Source: Amoebophrya sp. A120 (lineage: Eukaryota; Protista; Dinoflagellata). From it: a DNA stretch of 64,000 nucleotides. The DNA lies in contig CAJINV010000019.1 of the NCBI GenBank assembly GCA_905178155.1, forward strand, positions 1,100,913 to 1,164,912, written 5' to 3'. Under the pieces are notes generated by a model. It saw only the letters and a program-made list of their open reading frames with translations. It had not been told where the DNA came from and did no database searches. The first letter of the stretch is position 1; every line of letters begins with the position of its first letter. The translations under genes and the position numbers were made by a program. This document shows positions 13,065 through 27,200 of the stretch, one piece after another.

Positions 13065-15250
13065 GGCTGGGTAAAGGCACTTCGACTGGGTGGGAAGATA
13101 AAGAAGATACAGAAGCTGGTGTCGGTTGTTTTCTTGCGGAGGTCGGTCGCCTAGGTGGAGGAAAATAAAAACTTCTTCTACCGGGAGATTTTTACTAGAT
13201 TGCTACTAAGTTCTTGGAAAGAACAAGCGTCGAATGCAAGCGCGGCTCCGCTTTCTCAGCACCTGTTCCTCTTTTCGTCGACTTCGCCCCGGAGGTAGTT
13301 CTTGTCCAAGTCCACCTGATTCTAGTACGTTGTGGTACTTACTATCGGGGTCCCCGGAGCCCTAGGACGGCTGCAGTGAATGTCCCACGACGTCGAGGAG
13401 GGACAAATTAAAGCCACGCTCATGCTCTTTTCTTCGTCTCATTTTCGATGTGCCAGTACACGGCTCTCTGAAATATTACTAACTTGAGTATCTATTTTCC
13501 GTGCATCGGCTGCAGCAATCATGAACTCAAACCATACAATTATCCTTCTGGAGAACTACTACAACCAACTCATATAGCTTCTTCATGCTCGTCGTCACTC
13601 TTTTGTCTAAAGAACTTATTAATTTCTCTCTTGGTGTCGCCTGCGTAGTACTACAATTGATTCCATTTTAGAAGCGGTCTATGAATATTCGCCTTGTAGT
13701 GCCTTGTTTGTAGTACATGTGTTCGATCTTCATCTTGATGTTGACCCGACGCATTGAATTTCCGCGCCGGTTGGAGCGGAGCGACGACGGACTAGTGGCC
13801 GAAACAACACCGGTTCAATTTCACATCAGGCACCCCCGGTGCGGCGTGTCAAAAGAACGTGGATTACGATTACAGCCACACGCACTTCTCAGAAGCTACG
13901 AGCTTATGGTCTATTTTTTTAGTTATATCATCCTTGTTTTATTTCCTCCAAACGGATAGATCAGAATCTTGACTCTGCGTCTAGGCAGGGCGATAGATCC
14001 AATATGAGGCTGCGATTAACCAAAACACGAGCAGCTGCAGGTGCAGCAGAGATCTTTTATTACACATGTTGGCAGCACTCATTTGGGAGGTCAAAGTCTT
14101 TGGAGTTTTATTGCCTAGGATCTCGATCAGGATCAGGAGTATAAGTATAACGATCTAGTTTTATTAAAGGCCTGAATTTTATACGTAGAAACCACAAAGC
14201 AAAGGTGAAGAGCATACGGCTCTGATTTTTCAGAACCTCGTGTGCTGCTAAGGGCACCTCCTCTCGTCTATTCTCAGGCAGAATCTCGATTTGGCCGTAG
14301 TTTGCAGCAGCAACACATGCTGTATGCTGCAAGCTGCATAACGCAGAATTTTTCTTCAAACAGCATCATTCTGCCCTCCTCTCAGTCTTCACGCAATAGC
14401 AGCTTCCGAGAGATGTGGATACTCTGAAAGTCGTGCCGGTAGCAGCAATCCGCTTGATTTGAGTCGTGAGAATTGCATTTCCAGACCGGCAAATGACATC
14501 AACCACTGATCGTGATCATCCACAACACCAGATCTACTAATATGAACCCAACAAACTGCCTTCGCCGTCCTTTTCTCGTGCGTTGTTTTTTTTTGCACCA
14601 AGCAATAGTCCATCTAAATTTTTGTTGAAAAACTTTATTTCATTTTCCTGACGCAACTGCCTGTGGGTCTCTTTTTGATAATCATCATTATAATTTGTCA
14701 ATCTTTTCACAGCAGGATGAACGACGAAAATCCGCGATATTTCGTTAATCTTGCTGCTTGCTGTGCGTCAAAGACCACCCCGCAAAGACCGCGAAGAGCT
14801 TTTCAGATCATCAGATCCGGAGGACAGCTGCTGCTGTATAAGAGCCAGATCTTCACATACTCTAACACGACAATTCTCATCTGGTCGATCCGCTACGATT
14901 TTGATCATCTTGTACTCCTGCAGTTGCTTTTTACACGAGGGAAAAACGAAGATGACCTCTTCTGATTCTCTAGTGTAGTAGCAGGTCTACCAAAAAATTA
15001 AGTTAACACATTCTTTAAAGGAACGACTCGTCTCGTACAAAACGTAGACCTCTCTCTCTACCTAGTGGGAGCAGCAGACCATAGACCACGTCGCCGACCT
15101 AGAACTCATTCCAGTGTACTAATCATGCGTGGACCAAATCTCGTTGAGCCAAATTGGAATTCACATCGCAAGAAATGCCGAAATATAAAAATAAATGCGG
15201 TCTGCACGAGCCCGTAGTTATTGAGTTCCCTTGTTCTTTCGACAAGCTAC

Positions 15251-17815
15251 TTACGGCGTCCCCGCTATCACGAAGGTGAACAGCAGGCAGGCGGTCGCAG
15301 AGTTGACGCCCCGAATGGAGTTCCAGTAGGTCCAATTTTTCGAATACGCTGCCCAGGTGTCGTGCGCGCTCTCCAAGTGACCGTTTGGCTCCGGAGTATC
15401 AACTGCTGCTGCACAGGTGTCTTCTGGGTCTGGAAGTAAATATAAAGTGGGACTTGTGAAGATGCTTGTCTAGCCAATATCCTGGTGGGGGTGGCAAATG
15501 CAAATCAAAATCTGACTGTATTGCATGACCGAAAAGGCACGCCCTGCTTTGCTGTAGTGCATCATGCGCGCCATCTAAGTACCAGAGAGCGTGGTCTTAA
15601 CAAGTTGTCATGCTCTTTGGCTGAATTCGCAAGCGTTCCGGTCATGCACAATTCCACATCTCCACAAGTTTCCTTCCAGACCGCCTTAAGACATATATTG
15701 CATTTTTGCATACGGATTGTACTTCGCCAATTCGTCGTTCATCGGCACGTTGATTCCTGCCGTTTTTTATGCAAGTTCACGACAACAAGAACCTTATTTC
15801 CCACAATAATTTGTCGTGCGAAGTACCAAATCTAAACTCTGCCCCATGGCCCTGTTTGCATGAGAAGCTTTTTTTCGGATGAAGCCCAATAAAAAAAAAC
15901 AGTACTACACTGTATGTGTACAACACTTGTCTTGCGAACACTCGTCTTGCGGAGCCTGCCGTGTGGCTGTTGGTGTCCATATTTTTGCAGAAGAAGTTGA
16001 TGTATTCGGTCTTTTTCAAATTTTTATGAAGGGAGGGAAAGTTGCACGATACTTTCTCGTACTACTCCGAACTCGCCGATAAACAGGAGGATGCAGCTAT
16101 CCTGAGTAAAAACGTACCCACACCAGAGTTGTAATGCAGATTTGCAAAGACAGGAAGACTTGTACTGCGCATCCCCATGAGAGCCATTTCCAGTCGTGTT
16201 TTGGAATTTGTGATGCTGTGAAGAGGATGAGCAGATGAATCTGTGATGCGGCTGCACTTGCTAACCTGCACTACACTGCATAGTGCAACTTGTCATGCGT
16301 GACTCACAAAACTCCTAGGTTTGTGTTGCAAAATCCCCATCCTGACTCTGGTGTGGGTACGTTTTTACTCAGAATAGCAGCCAACGTAGAGCGCAAACGA
16401 CGTCAGCATGGAATCGGACTCACTTGGCTCTTGCGCTGGCGAGGTGTTGTTCATCGTGCCCTGGGTCGCTACTTGCGCCAACTGGTCACTCCCCGTCATC
16501 GTGGGCGTGGTTCCGCTTGTTGAATGAGAGTGCACGAAGACAAACATACAACCCCGCCCCATGATTCGTTAAATGCAAAATACCAAATCTAGTAGCCTTA
16601 GACTCGTCGTGGCAGTGTGTGCATGGCAAGTTCCCCCGAAACAGCACTGCATTCTCCGCAACTGGCCGAGTTGTCATGCGATTGCGCCAGCAGTGTTAGT
16701 TATCGCCAGAAAAAACTGTTTCACTGTAAACTTGTAATGCAGAAAATGCATCTCGCAAGTGTTTGTGTTGCTACACATGCAAGCCAGTGGATTTTTAGCT
16801 GTGTTTTCCCTTAGGAACCTCGCATGGCAAATTTTCCCTGTCATGTAGAACAAACTTGTGATACAAAACCTGCAAAATCCTTACAGTGAAACACTTTTTT
16901 CGTACGATATTAGTTGCTGGTGTCTCTGTTGCTGTAGTAAGTTGTAGATACCACTACAGTTCAAAATAACGACGGGGCGGGGGAGTAGGTATTTTCCACC
17001 CTCTTATGTCGCTCCTACCGGCTGATACGTGGCGTAGGCGTTCGGTGCGCCGGTTCCGAGCTGCAAAAATCGCAGCTCCTGGAGAACTATGAATTGCAAA
17101 AGCATCGTATTCGTATGAATGCATTACAAATTTCCTCAGCATGATGAGAAAGAAAATTTGTAATGCGGATTTGCCTCGGGAACAAGATTTGTAATGCAAG
17201 ACTTGCATTTATACGAGTACGATACTTTTGCACAGGATAAGAAACAGGAGCACCGCCAGGATGGGGGTGCCCATGAAGACCAGCATAAAATACTCGTTGA
17301 TAATCACCACGTTGATGCTGTTCATGACGTCAATCGCGACCGTCGCGTCCGGCTGCTCGTTATCAAATGCAAAAATGTCTGGGTCTGGAAGTTCTTGTGA
17401 TGCTGGCTGGGAAAGACGAGGACGCCTCAATGAATTGACTGGCAAGCATGACAAGTTTTGGAGGTGCTACAGTCTACTTGGCTTTTCTGCATGACACAGT
17501 GAGCTTCTGCATGACAGAAAAGTAGGGCTTTTGGCGGTAATTTGTATGACAGACTTGAGGGCGATGTCAGACAAGCATGACAAACTTCCATTCTTCCAGA
17601 CCCAGACGTATTTGCATTTGATATTCGTCCAAGGCGGGCATCACGCACACCGAGAAAATGAAATACAGGCCCGCCAGCACGCCCGAGCCCAAAATTGTTA
17701 ACGCGAGGAGAACACTCCGGAACAGTGCTTGTTTTGAGCCCGGCTTCCTTCTGCCCGCCGCCTGCTGCTGCGGGTTCTGGTGCTGGACCAGCGGATCGGC
17801 AATGGAGCTCTGCAT
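15251..17815 (-). CDS. DUF1772 / anthrone oxygenase-like membrane protein (multi-exon)
   Basis: Assembled segments GVLAGLYFIFSVCVMPALDEQ..MNSINVVIINEYFMLVFMGT..GEFGVTAGINVPMNDELA..WAAYSKNWTYWNSIR match the DUF1772 pattern. Middle exons (16.5-17.0 kb) are unresolved. Confidence 0.75.
15397..15712. mobile_element. Aged introner, family A with indels in the TIRs
   Basis: Flanks cggag/cggat; excision gives KYNPEPNG. Confidence 0.8.
15768..16061. mobile_element. Fossil element / non-canonical intron
   Basis: Separates EFGV from TAGINVP. An in-frame TAA two codons before ACG forces a non-AG 3' end after ..TTGCATA. TIR and TSD are largely lost. Confidence 0.55.
16098..16376. mobile_element. Introner family D
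   Basis: TSD gcagc/gcagc; excision gives YVGCILLF. Confidence 0.92.
16701..16909. mobile_element. Family F element (~210 bp)
   Basis: TSD ttagt/ttagt; TIR tatcgccagaaaaaactgtttcactgtaa; exonic vs intronic position unresolved. Confidence 0.85.
17088..17239. mobile_element. Introner family C
   Basis: Flanks agaac/agaaa; excision gives LLFLQELR. Confidence 0.9.
17361..17623. mobile_element. Introner family A
   Basis: Flanks ctcgt/ttcgt; excision gives PALDEQPD. Confidence 0.92.
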
Positions 17816-19023
17816 GTTGGAGTTCGTGATTCAAAAATTGATGCTTTTTAGGTAAGATCAGTGCCACAATCTTCCAACTTCGGAACTCTTCGAGTAGACA
17901 TGGCAGGGCAGATCACTCCATACTGCAGCTGGACCCAAAATCAAGGGGGCATCGGCAGCTATAAAAACTACGGCTGAAACTGGAGCCGCAGGTGGCCCTT
18001 CCGTGACCGTGAGAAAAAAGGCCTATCTCCGATGTCATGGCGGTCACCGTCATCACTACAGATTCCATACCCAACTGCGGTCTTTTCTATACGATGAATA
18101 CTGAGCGGCCAGGAGCAGAAACCAAACTTGATATTGAAACACCGTCCCTTCGCTCCACCACTTCCTCTCACCAGCTAGAGTAAGTTGCAGTATAAGGATC
18201 GACACTCAGAGGAACAGGAATCCTCGCACAATAAGTGCGATACAGTACAGTACACCTGCCCTACAGAGGACCCACCAGAGCGATGTTTTTTAAGAAATTC
18301 AGGGGAGAAGTTGAAGTCCTACAAGATGTTGAGGTTAAGGTTAATCACAAAGCAATTTGGATAAAATTGCAGCTCCAGTGTGATAATCTTAGTAGCTTCG
18401 CGGATTTGGTCTATAACTCGTTTCTTACTTGATACTTCTACGTGTATGCTCATTTTCAATCCAGGTCCATAAGGCCGCGATTAGTGGAGCTGAATCCTCA
18501 ACACACCTTAGTGCCTTCGCAAAAAAGAAGTAAAAACTGATGTGGAGTACTAGCCGAAGCTTGCCATCTTTCTGCAAGGCTCTTGCGCGGACAGTGTACT
18601 AATGAATTCTCAAGGGGTAACTACCAGAACTTTTGTTCAACGGGGTTACGTGTCGGTCCGGGGTAGAGTGGATTTATTTCATTCTCCGCGAAAGGCTCGT
18701 GGGGAGCGGATGGCGTGACTTCTGTCACTTTTTCTTTCGTACTTACAACTAAACGACACGCACTGCATCCGATTCAACGACGCACTTAATTGACGTTGCA
18801 TACCAAGAAACTACTCAGGAAACTTGGCGACAGGATCTCCATGCGTCGGGTATTAAGAGTGAGCTAATGCTATACATGTCTAGAAATTTCGTGTCTTTTG
18901 AATTTTGCATGCGATTGCGAACTTGAACTTGAATTGCGAGCTTGAACAGTACCACTCGCGCTACCAGGCAAACAACATGTTCTTCCAGGGAAGTGTCTGA
19001 TCCCAACTGCGCAGATCTTCAGT

Positions 19024-19836
19024 TCAGCGGCCCTCCGGCACGGCCGTACACGACTTGTCACTGTTAACACGACATTTCCAGCCGGGAAAGGGGTTTGGGG
19101 TAACGCCGCTTGGTACTGGAGTGCATTGCACATTCGAACCAGGAGAGCTGTTGATGGGTACCATCCAGGCACACTTCTCAAACGCACCACCATTCCCATG
19201 GAAGTGATAATGGAGACACGCGCCAACATGAACATGATGATGATCATTATCCGAACGAACGTCTGCTTCAGCATAGGCCGGATCGTACGTGGTGCAACGC
19301 GGCCCAAGAGTCATCGTCGGCGTCGGCGTCGTGTTGAAACCGGCCCAGCCTTGACCAGAGAGAGGTCCACGACACCATGGGTATCCTTTGGAAGCACCGT
19401 GAAAGACTTGCAAGAATCCTACCGGTTCTCCCAAGCCATTGAAGGATTGCATCTTGTTCGTGGCGCTTCCCGCAGTTTTGCCTGTTGCAGACGAAAAGAG
19501 CAATTAGTATTGATTGGTTTGAGATACATTCGGTTCACGATAAAGTGCCACAGTATAAAAAATTCTGTGCTGGTCTATGCGAGTAGATCTGCTTTGTGCA
19601 ATCACTTGTAGCGGCCCATCACCAGCCCGCACGACCAGGCGTGAAAAAATATTCTGTACCTGCCCGGTCCTCCATCATCTTGGAAGTGCGCGGGGAGTGG
19701 ACGATGCCAACCGCACCCCCCCCCCCTTCGCGACCGACTTCTCCGCCATCTTCTGGCCGTCGGTCCCTTCACTGCCCTGCTTCAAAGCGGCCGCGACCTG
19801 CGCGCCGGCGAACAAGGTGGTAGTCTTCTTCGGCAT
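19024..19836 (-). CDS. Hypothetical Cys/His-rich protein, two exons
   Basis: ATG at 19836 with a GC-rich open exon. A GT donor at ~19659 and CAG acceptor at ~19482 join in frame to ORF 19024..19503. No recognised domain. Confidence 0.45.
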
Positions 19837-21263
19837 GATTTGGCTTCTGATCTTTTACTTCCGACTGCAGATGATGTACTTCGAGGTTAAGTTTTCGAAC
19901 CACAAGTAGTGGCTGTTGAGGAAGTTGCTGTGAAGTAAATTGAGACGAGGGTCAACTTCAGAAGAATGGCCCTTCACGATCAACGCGAAAAAACAGTATG
20001 TAATCGTCTGCGACTGGCAGCGAGCTGCACTTTACAAATTTCCTGCACTTTGTTTGAAAAAAAGATAAAGGTCGACAGCTATCGGGATCATGAATCGAGA
20101 TAAGGTTAAAGCTCGATACAATTCTTTATTACCGGGGTGGCCATAAGGGGCAGAACGAGCTTGAACGAAAACGATTGCCTCGAGTAGGGACGTACCACGT
20201 GTGAAGCTAGAGACTTTCACGCCCTACCATCGGTGCACGTACGAAAATAAAATTCTGCTGCATATAAAACGCGTGTAGTTCTTCGTCTTCCTTGCGAATC
20301 ATGCAATCTTCTCTATTTTTGTGCAATAGTTCTGGCTGGTTAGTGTTTCCCGGTACCGCAGTCTATGGTACTTCGGGACCCGGACGACCACGACAAAGGC
20401 ACTTACGAACAGAGACAGCCTCCACGTCACTGTGTGTACTTAAACTAGCGTGCTACCCTTCATGGTACGATGAGCACGACGATTCGAAAGCATCTACTGC
20501 ACTGACGTCTCCCACTGTAAACAGAGCGAGGCTCCTTTCAAATAAAGCTATGCAAAGCAATATTAAAAGACCGATGAAACAAGGACGTTTTCATTCTGTT
20601 TCCAAAAAGACAGGCTGTTGTTGCTTTCACGATTCCATAGTTTATATATATTTTATGACACGACTAAAAATGCCTGTTTGAACAACTTCGCCATCACGCC
20701 ACAACAAGAGCAGGAAGTTATTTGGAGCGCCAGGACGAACCCCGCCAAGGCGGATAAACAAGCACTTCTGAGGCCGACAAACTAGATGCCTGATGCCAAT
20801 CACTAAGCACTTTGATTGTCCTACGCGTAGCAACAACAGCAGGAGATGATGTACTTAACATCTGCGGCTGTCGCTTCTTTTTTTCCATTCCCCTTGGTGG
20901 ACAGCACATTGAAATTCACAAGTAAGTATCACGCGACAAGTTTTTGCAACCCGCCAGCGCATCGGGTTTCTAAGTAAGTGCCGGTAAAAATCGTACTTCT
21001 CCAGCCATAATGTGCTTGTGTGCAACAATACCACTGCCATTCGAGATTCGTCTGGTGCATGCCTGCTCCCCACTTTGCGACAAAAATAAAAATATCAGTC
21101 ACTCCTCAGGATCGCGCGACTTCTATTTTTAGGTGAACAGATATATACCGACCTGCTACGTCCCCGTAGCAACAAAACTTCCACCTCACCTTCGCCCGTA
21201 CAGATCCCAGACGCTGTTCATCATACTGAAAAGCGACCCTACCCCGGACACACCTCGGCAGCA

Positions 21264-24200
21264 TTACATTTGCATTTTTCCTATGGAGACACTCCCTGTC
21301 CTGCACATCCTAGCAACACAGATTTTATTCGATACAGGATTGTAGCCGTGAGAGTCCGCTCTACAAAAAGGGATAGAAAGCGCGGAGCCTGTCATGGGCG
21401 AAATGCGTTGCGCACGACTCTTGATCATGAAACCCAGTGTCCACCTTTCACGCAAGACAAAAGAACGCACCACTAGAACCCTGCGCAACATCTTCACAAA
21501 GAACATTTTCTTCCTTCCGCCTCTACTAGGGAGCGGGGCACCGGCACTTTTCATCACGATACTGTTCTGCAGGTAGTATTTCGCTTTGTTTTCCGGCAGT
21601 AACCACTGGTCCAGTCGTCCCACCGCAGCTGCGTCTCGCCACGCATCCAAAAACTGCAATCGGATGGATATTTCCCCTTGGGGACGACTCGTAACCGGAC
21701 CAGGAGTAGTCGCTACTTTACTTCTGCTTTGCATTTGCTCTTGTTCATCGAGAAATAAAGTTGTGGTGGAACTACATGTCACGTGCTGCAGCTATCCTGA
21801 GTAAAAAAGTACCCACACCAGAGTCAAGATGGGGAATCGGCTAGACAAATCCACAAGTTTTGGTTGTTTTGCATGACAAATTTGGATTCGTAGTGTAGTG
21901 CTGTTTGAGCTAGCTCAGCAGCATCACAGATCTAGCATACCATGCTGATTGGAGCATGACAAATTGCAAAACACGACGAGACAATGCTCCTCATGGAGCT
22001 CCGCATGAGAAACATTTCCAGCATGCAGATTTGCATTACAACTCTGGTGTGGGTACGTTTTTACTCAGGATAGCAGCAGCGGCTTCTTCAGCGGAATGTC
22101 GTCGGCAAGTGGGAGTCTGAACACATATGGATTGTAAAAATGTCTGGGTCTGGAAGAATGGAAGGTCTGTCATGCTCTGCCAGCATGACCCCAAAGTCTG
22201 TCATGCACGTTACTCAAGAGCCACGTTTTTTTGTCATGCAGAGACGCAGTTTGTCATGCAGATTAGGCAACACCTCGAAGCTCAGAAACTTGTCATGCTG
22301 AGCCTGCACTTGTGACCGCCTCATGATACGCCAACCAGCATCACAAGTTTCCAGACCCAGACATTTTTACATTTGATAACACATAGTCCGGCACGACCTT
22401 CCCGGCGCCCTGCCTCGTATCAAATGCAAAAGTGTCTGGGTCTGGAAGAATGCATGTTTCTCATGCTTGTCTGGCATGACTCTCAAATCTGTCACGCACG
22501 TTACCCAAGAGCTCCACTTTTCTGTGATGCAGGAACGCAGTTTGTCATGCAGAATAGGCAACACATAGAAGCTCAGAAACTTGTGATGCTAAGCCAGCAT
22601 TTGTGGCCTCATCACGAGACGCCACCCAGCATCACAAGTTTCCAGACATCCAGGGATTTTTACATTTGATACCTCGCTACTTCTTGCAAATCCACGACGC
22701 AGCGGCCGAGAAACTCCAGGTCGGCGGCCATCCTCAGCAAAAACTTCCCCACCCCGGAGGTGGAATGCAAATGCGCAATGATAGGAACATTTGTAATGCG
22801 CATCCCCATGAGAGGCATTTCCAATCGTGATTTGGCATTTGTAATGCTGTAAACAGGATTAGAAATAATTGGCTTTCTCATACGGCTTGCCTTGCTAAGC
22901 ACCACTTTACTACAGACGGAAACTTGTCATGCACAATATTTTTTTTTTATTGGCCCGCTATTGTGCTTTTTTTCATCATTCGTTATCTATTTTTTTTTTT
23001 TCAGCGGACGGGTGCGATCTCTGAAATGTGAAGGGTGCGACACAATTCACATGCCAGGTTACGCGGGTATACGGCAGTTTTTCCCGATTTGAACTTGTCA
23101 TGCACAATTCCCAAAGCTTGCCGATTTGTCTAGCAGATTTCCCATCTTGACTCTGGTGTGGGGACGTTTTTACTCAGGATAGCGGCCCCATCGGCAGGGC
23201 CGAAGGAGGTCGTCGTGGTATCATCAGGCCGAGACCAGACGGTGAGGTAAATGTAGGAGACGTTCAGCACGTCCAGAAAAAACTGGTTGTGGCTTGCGTG
23301 AACAGGTATACCCAGGTAGAAGGTCGGGTGTTACACAATCTCAAGCATTACAGGACAAGATTTCAGAGAACAACAAGTGTGTTGAATTATATGAATCCTA
23401 GAAGTCCCACTCTCTATGCATGATTACCCAGATGAACTATATGGCCTGTCGTGCGTTGGGTAGAAGTCTAGCATCACCACATTTTTTTGCTTTGATTGTA
23501 ACACTTGAGATTGATTGTTGCAACACCTGAGCAGACCATATAGTGCTGCGAATGCAACAGACCAGGTGCCGACAAAGCATTGGCCCCTCCAAGATGTTGC
23601 TGTACGAGTTGCGAGTTCTTTGCTGTCGCTGCTGTGGTCGAAGTTGCTGTCGTGGTGGCTGCAGAAGCAACTGCCCTATTAACCGTGTTGCTCGTCTTGA
23701 GTTCCTTCGGCTGGTGGTGGAGCGTGGCCTGGTTCAGGTCCTTGTTGCGCTTCGAGTTCGACGCACCACCATCCAAAGGGGACGACGTTGGCCCTAGTAC
23801 AGCTGTACTATAATTGCTGTCGGCATTAGTCGCAGCACTGAAGTCTGCAAAGTTCGCAATTCCCAGAACCGTGTTGGTCTCCAAAATCCTGGGGTTTCCG
23901 CGATCGCACTCAATCCGCACGAAGGGATTTCTTGGTGGATGAACTTGTGAGCAAATATTTGCCGCTGCCGATTTATTTCTCTGCCTCCCGTTTGACGGGG
24001 CCGAAAAGGACCCGGCGTTTTTGCAGCTGCCGAGCTTTACGCTGAGAACCTCGATCCGCAAGCAGTAGCTGCGTTTCTTGCGCAGCATCCGGCGCTCCAA
24101 AAACCGCCGCACGTTTGACTGGATGCGTACCGCGGTTTTCTCGCGCAACAGCCGCCGCGCCTTCTGCTCCTGCAGGTTGCTCACGAATCTTTTCACCCGG

Positions 24201-27200
24201 CGCAGCGCCAACTTTTGCACGGGCTGCAGAAAGCACTCGGACACGTCCTTCGCAACCACCGTCTGCACGAAGGCCTGCAACTCTCTCTTCGAAGTGCCGG
24301 CGGTGGAAAACGGGCGGGAGTGCAGGGAAAAGTCAACTAGCGCGTCGTACTGCCACTGCAGTGCCTCGTATCAAATGTAAAAATGTCTGGGTCTGGAAGG
24401 ATGCAACTTGTGATGCTATTTTTGGAAGCTGAAAAAATTTGCATTGCATGACCAGCAAGAGGACCCCAGTTCGTGCTACGTGGAGAGGGTATTTCTCATG
24501 CGGAATAGGCTTCAGGAGGGGTTCTAAAAATCTGTGATGGTAGGACATGCATTACAGGCGTCATGGGTCATGCGAATTATGCATGACAAGTCTTCCAATC
24601 TTCCAGACCCAGACATTTTTACATTTGATACCTCGTCGTGTTCCGCAATACGCTTCCGTTCCGCTTTTCCAGGGATGGTCTCGACGAATCGTGTGCTTTG
24701 AGAACTCGCAGGCAGAGGATCATGATGAATCGCGACGGCAAGAACGCCATCCTCTTCATCTGCGCTGGAGCAGGTACCCGAATGGTTAGTATTTATTCCA
24801 CTGTCGTGGTCGACAGCTTCTTGTGGCAACAACAGGGTACTATGCTTGCCGCTCTTGCCCGGTACTAGTTCTACTGCGTCGCCACGTTCCTGTCCCTCGC
24901 AAGACGTGCTGGCGGCCGACCCTACCACTAAATCCTCCGCGGATGATGTTGAGGCAGCTCCTACGCCAGAACTCGCGGTCGCCGACTTTCGCAGGGTCGT
25001 TCGCAGGTTATTGCGCGCGGACACAGCCGGTAGATCCCAGAGCGAGGAGGGGGGCCCCGTCGGTGAAGAAGATGGAAAACTGCTCTTCTTTGCATGCTCT
25101 TCATTCCACTGCACGTCGAAGAACGTCTTCCGTTTCTTGAGGCAGCTGCAGGTGACGAGGCAGGTCAGCAATTTCTTCAATGCGCTCGGGGAGTGGAGAA
25201 TTCCGTATTCAAACCGAGGCCAAAACGCCAGCGCGAGATATCCAAGAAAAAGACGCTGCTAGTGTAAATTTGTGATGCTAAAACAACCGCGCCAACATTG
25301 CCATTGCCATTGCCATTGTGTAAACTTGTGACGCGCAACATGCAAGATGATTGCGTCTGTCATGCTTGGCATGCATTGTAGGGCCCATTAAAGGGCGTTT
25401 TCGCGTACTATCTGCGCATGACAGGTTTTTGCTGTCATGCCAGACAGATTTGTAATGCTGTTCCTCCAAAAAAGTTACTCCTACAACGTTTTTTTCTTGG
25501 ATACGAGAAGCACGGTTACCACAGTGTTCACCAGTAGGGAGATCAGCACTTTGAATTCCCTTCGCACCGGAAAATCGGCGGGGAAAATCTCGTCCAGGAG
25601 CACCGAGTTGGTGGAGTTGGCGGCGAAGAGATCTTCTCCACCTGCTCCTGTTGCGTTTAGAACAACAACTCCGTACGCGACCACACCCGCAGACAAAACC
25701 CACAACAAAAGCGAAAATCTTCCCCAGAAGGACCGCCGCAAAAAGTGCTTCAGTTTGGCTAGCACACGCTGGTGGTCGTCCTCTGAGGGTCGCGATGTGA
25801 GGAGGGTAGAACTAGAAGTTGTTTTGTTCAGCAGTTTATTTATCCTTTCAGCGGCAGGAGCATCGAAAGACACATGATGCCGCTTCGTCACGGTCGTAGT
25901 ACCCAGCCGCAGCCACAACGGGTCGAAGTAGAAGCGGTGCGAGTACAGCTGTTGTTCTAGTAGAGAAAGGGATATTAGTGCCGGTTCTCGCGCTCCTAGT
26001 ACTGCGCCCATGTTGTTGGTGCTTCTGCTTCCACACGAGGGAGGCGCTACCACGAGCCGGGGTTTTATCAAATGTAAAAGTGTCTGGGTCTGGAAGATTG
26101 GAACTTGTGATGCTGCATTTGGATCGCAAAAAAATCTGTATTGCATGAGCAGCAAAGGGAATGTGATTTTTGCTACGCGGAGATGGCATTTGTAATGCGG
26201 AATAGGCATTAAGAAGCCCTCAAAAAATCTGTGATGCTAGGGCACGCATCACAGACATCAAGACTCATGCAAAACCTGCATGACAAGTCTAGAAATCTTC
26301 CAGACCCAGACACTTTTACATTTGATAGGTTTGTACCGCAGCTTAAACAGTGCGTAACTGATCACGGCAGACGCGACAGTGTGTTGCAGAAACCCCGTCC
26401 GCTCGGGGACAACACTGGAGATGGGGGAACGGTATGCGTTGAAACTGTGTCTGCGTGTAGTGTCTGAATTACGTGCTGCAAAGCGCTTCAAGAAGAAAGA
26501 ATTAGAAAACAACGCACATCAGAGTCCTGAAGAAGGGCCCCCTTCAATAAAAGAACGTTGCAACATGCTCGATCATCGATCGCGTCCTCAGGCTGCGATG
26601 GTGATAGAATCTTTGATCCGAAACCTCCAACAGCACATGCAAATTTGAAGCATGATTATATATTCGATTCCTGAAGCAGGACACCACTGCACGTCGCAAG
26701 AACCACGACCACAGTAGTTGCAGTTGCTCTTGATAGATTGGAGCTTGACAGGATGTAGCCCGTAAATCCGTGCAGGAGAGCGACGAAATGTGCACACAGA
26801 AGAAGCTGCAGCAGGTTCCAAGTGGTGACGCCTGAACGTTCATTGTCGTCGTGTGGATCAATGCACAGCAGAAATTCATTGAAAATCATGAGTGCAAGAG
26901 CTTGCCCTTCTGTATTTTCTTCTTGTATGTAAGTCAATGTAGAAAGAAGTGAAAGGATCAGACGCATGCTAGCAAAAGAACTTTCCACCTACGTAAAATC
27001 ATCTAAATTACCGCTGCACCCGCCGGCGGGCTGTGCCACAACGACCGCGGTAACCACACGCCGTAACCGAGAGAAAAGACCTGCTCGGCAGCCCTATCCT
27101 GAGTAAAAACGTACCCACACCAGAGTTGTCATGCAGATTTGCCATGACAGGAACATTTGTGATGCGCAACCCCATGACAGGCATTTTCAATCGTGTTTGG

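Noticed and set aside
21793-23181. Repeat-spacer-repeat pattern resembling a CRISPR array
   Set aside because: The repeats are 250-450 bp TIR elements of different families, the spacers are in-frame exons, the context is eukaryotic and there are no cas genes.
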